Source: Squalus acanthias (lineage: Eukaryota). Taken from it: a DNA stretch of 64,000 nt. The stretch lies in assembly GCA_030390025.1 (NCBI GenBank), contig CM059426.1, forward strand, positions 173,910,001 to 173,974,000, written 5' to 3'. Positions 61,790 through 64,000 of this stretch are shown one piece after another. Within the stretch, counting starts at the first letter, position 1. Every line of letters starts with the position of its first letter. Below the pieces are notes generated by a model. That model ran no database searches. It worked only from the letters and a program-made list of their open reading frames with translations, and was not told the DNA's origin. Both the position numbers and the translations under genes were made by a program.

Positions 61790-64000
61790 TTGACCCTGCA
61801 AAGTCCTCCTCACCAACATCTGGGGACTTGTGCCAAAATTGGGAGAGCTGTCCCACAGACTAGTCAAGCAACAGCCTGACAGTCATACTCACAGAATCAT
61901 ACCTTTCAGCCAATGTCCCAGACTCCTCCATCACCATCCCTGGGTATGTCCTGTCCCACCGGCAGGACAGACCCACCAGGGGTGGTGGCACAGTGGTATA
62001 CAGTCAGAAAGGAGTGGCCCTGGGAGACCTCAACATTGATTCTAGACCCCATTAAGTCTCATGGCTTCAGGTCAAGCATGGTCAAGGAAACCTCCTGCTG
62101 ATTACCACCTACCGCCTTCCCTCAGCTGATGAATCAGTACTCCATGTTGAACACCACTTGGAAGATGCACTGAGAGTAGCAAGGGCACAAAATGTACACT
62201 GGGTGGAGGACTTCAATGTTCATCACCAAGAGTGGCTCGGTAGCACCACTACTGACCGAGCTGGCTGAGTCCTGAAGGAAATAACTGCCAGTCTGGGCCT
62301 GCGACAGGTGGTGAGTGAATCAACACGAGGGGAAAAACCTACTTGTCCTCATCCTCACCAATCTACCTGTCACAGATGCATCTGTCCATGACAGCATTGG
62401 TAGCAGTGACCACCGCACAGTCATTGTGGAGACGAAGTCCCATCTTCACACTGAGGACACCCTCCATCGTGTTGTGTGGCAAAACCACCGTGCTAAATGG
62501 GATAGATTCAGAACAGATCCAGCAGCTCAAAACTGGGCATCCATGAGGCGCTGTGGGCCATCAGCAGAATTGTATTCCACCACAATCTGTAACCTCATGA
62601 CCTGGCATATCCCTCACTCTACCATTACCAGTAAGCCAGGAGACCAACCCTGGTTCAATAAGGAATGTAGAAGAGCATGCCGGGAGCAGCACCAGGCATA
62701 CCTAAAAATGAGGTGCCAACCCAGGGAAGCTGCAACACAGAACTACATGCATACTAAAAAGCGGAAGCAGCATGCTATAGACAGGGCTAAGCGATCCCAC
62801 AATCAACGGATCAGATCAAAGCTCTGCAGTCCTGCCACATCCAGTCATGAATGGTGGTGGACCATTAAACAATGAACGAGAGGAGGAGGCTCCATGAATA
62901 TCCCCATCCTCAATGAGGGTGGAGCCCAGCACGTGAGATCAAAAGATAAGGCTGAAGCGTTTGCAACCATCTTCAGCCAGAAGTGCCGAGTGGATGACCC
63001 ATATCGGCCTCCTCCTGAAGTCCCCACCACCACAGAAGCCAGTCTTCAGCCAATTTGATTCACTCCACGTGATATCAAGAAACGGCTGAGCGCACTGGAT
63101 ACAGCAAAGGCAATGAGCCCTGACAGCATCCCGGCTATCGTGCTGAAGACTTGTGGTCCAGAACTAGCCGCACCTCTAGCCAAGCTGTTCCAGTTCAGCT
63201 ACAACACTGGCATCTATCCGACAATGTGGAAAACTGCCCAGGTACGTCTTGTCCACAAAAAGCAGGACAAATCCAATCCAGCCAATTACCGCTCCATCAG
63301 TCTACTCTCAATCATCAGCAAAGTGATGGAAGGTGTCATCGACAGTGCTATCAAGCGGCACTTACTCACCAAAAACATGCTCACTGATGCCCAGTTTGGG
63401 TTCCGCCAAGACCACTCGGCTCCCGACCTCATTACAGCCTTGGTCCAAAAATGGACAAAGGAGCTGAATTGCAGAGGTGAGGTGAGAGTGACAGCCCTTG
63501 ACATCAAGGCAGCATTGACAGAGCGTGGCATCAAGGAGCCCTAGTAAAACTGAAGTCAATGGGAATCGGGGGGGAAACTCTCCACTGGCTGGAGTCATAC
63601 CTAGCACAAAGGAAGATGGTTGTGGTGGTTGAAGGTCAATCATCACAGCCCCAGGACATCGCTGCAGGAGTTCCTCAGGGCAGTGGCCTAGGCCCAACCA
63701 TCTTCAGCTGCTTCATCAATGACCTTCCCTCCAACATAAGGTCAGAAATGGGGATGTTCGCTGAATACTGCACAGTGTTCAGCGCCATTCACAACTCCAC
63801 AGATAATGAAGCAGTCCATGCCCACATGCAACAAGACTTGGACGATGTTCAGGCTTGGGCTGATAAGTGGCAGGTAACATTCGCGCCACAGAAGTGCCAG
63901 GCAATGACTATCTCCAACAAGCGAGAGTCTAACCATCTCCCCTTGACCATCGCCGAATACCCACCATCAACATCCTGGGGGCCACCATTGACCAGAAACT
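61790..64000 (+). mobile_element. CR1/L2-group LINE (second family), decayed APE + RT ORF, runs off the window
   Basis: Fragments SDHRTV, QPWFNKEC, NPANYRSISLLS, QFGFRQ, LDIKAA and GVPQGSGLGP; many frameshifts. Confidence 0.88.

Overview
Vertebrate genomic DNA, almost certainly from a cartilaginous fish (shark-type CR1 LINEs, a Deu-domain SINE, Penelope pieces and an immunoglobulin J-chain gene). It is mostly transposon-derived. The one host gene I can support is JCHAIN (+ strand): exons 2-4 lie at 2396-2522, 6871-6951 and 14195-14450, and exon 1 appears to be upstream of the window. The ORF track largely misses this gene. The encoded J chain lacks the Cys68/69-equivalent and has a 30-aa Pro/Thr-rich tail. 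The rest holds: many decayed or nested CR1-group LINEs; a near-intact two-gene Harbinger transposon (44585-48691) plus an older deleted relative; Harbinger-like and hAT-like MITEs; three C-rich minisatellites that create the spurious giant ORFs; Penelope fragments with minimal hammerhead ribozymes; and a very young Gypsy LTR element (51422-55888). The Gypsy element has no tRNA primer site but an exact 11-nt self-complement, suggesting Tf1-like self-priming. All calls were made by eye without database searches, and the boundaries of decayed repeats are approximate.
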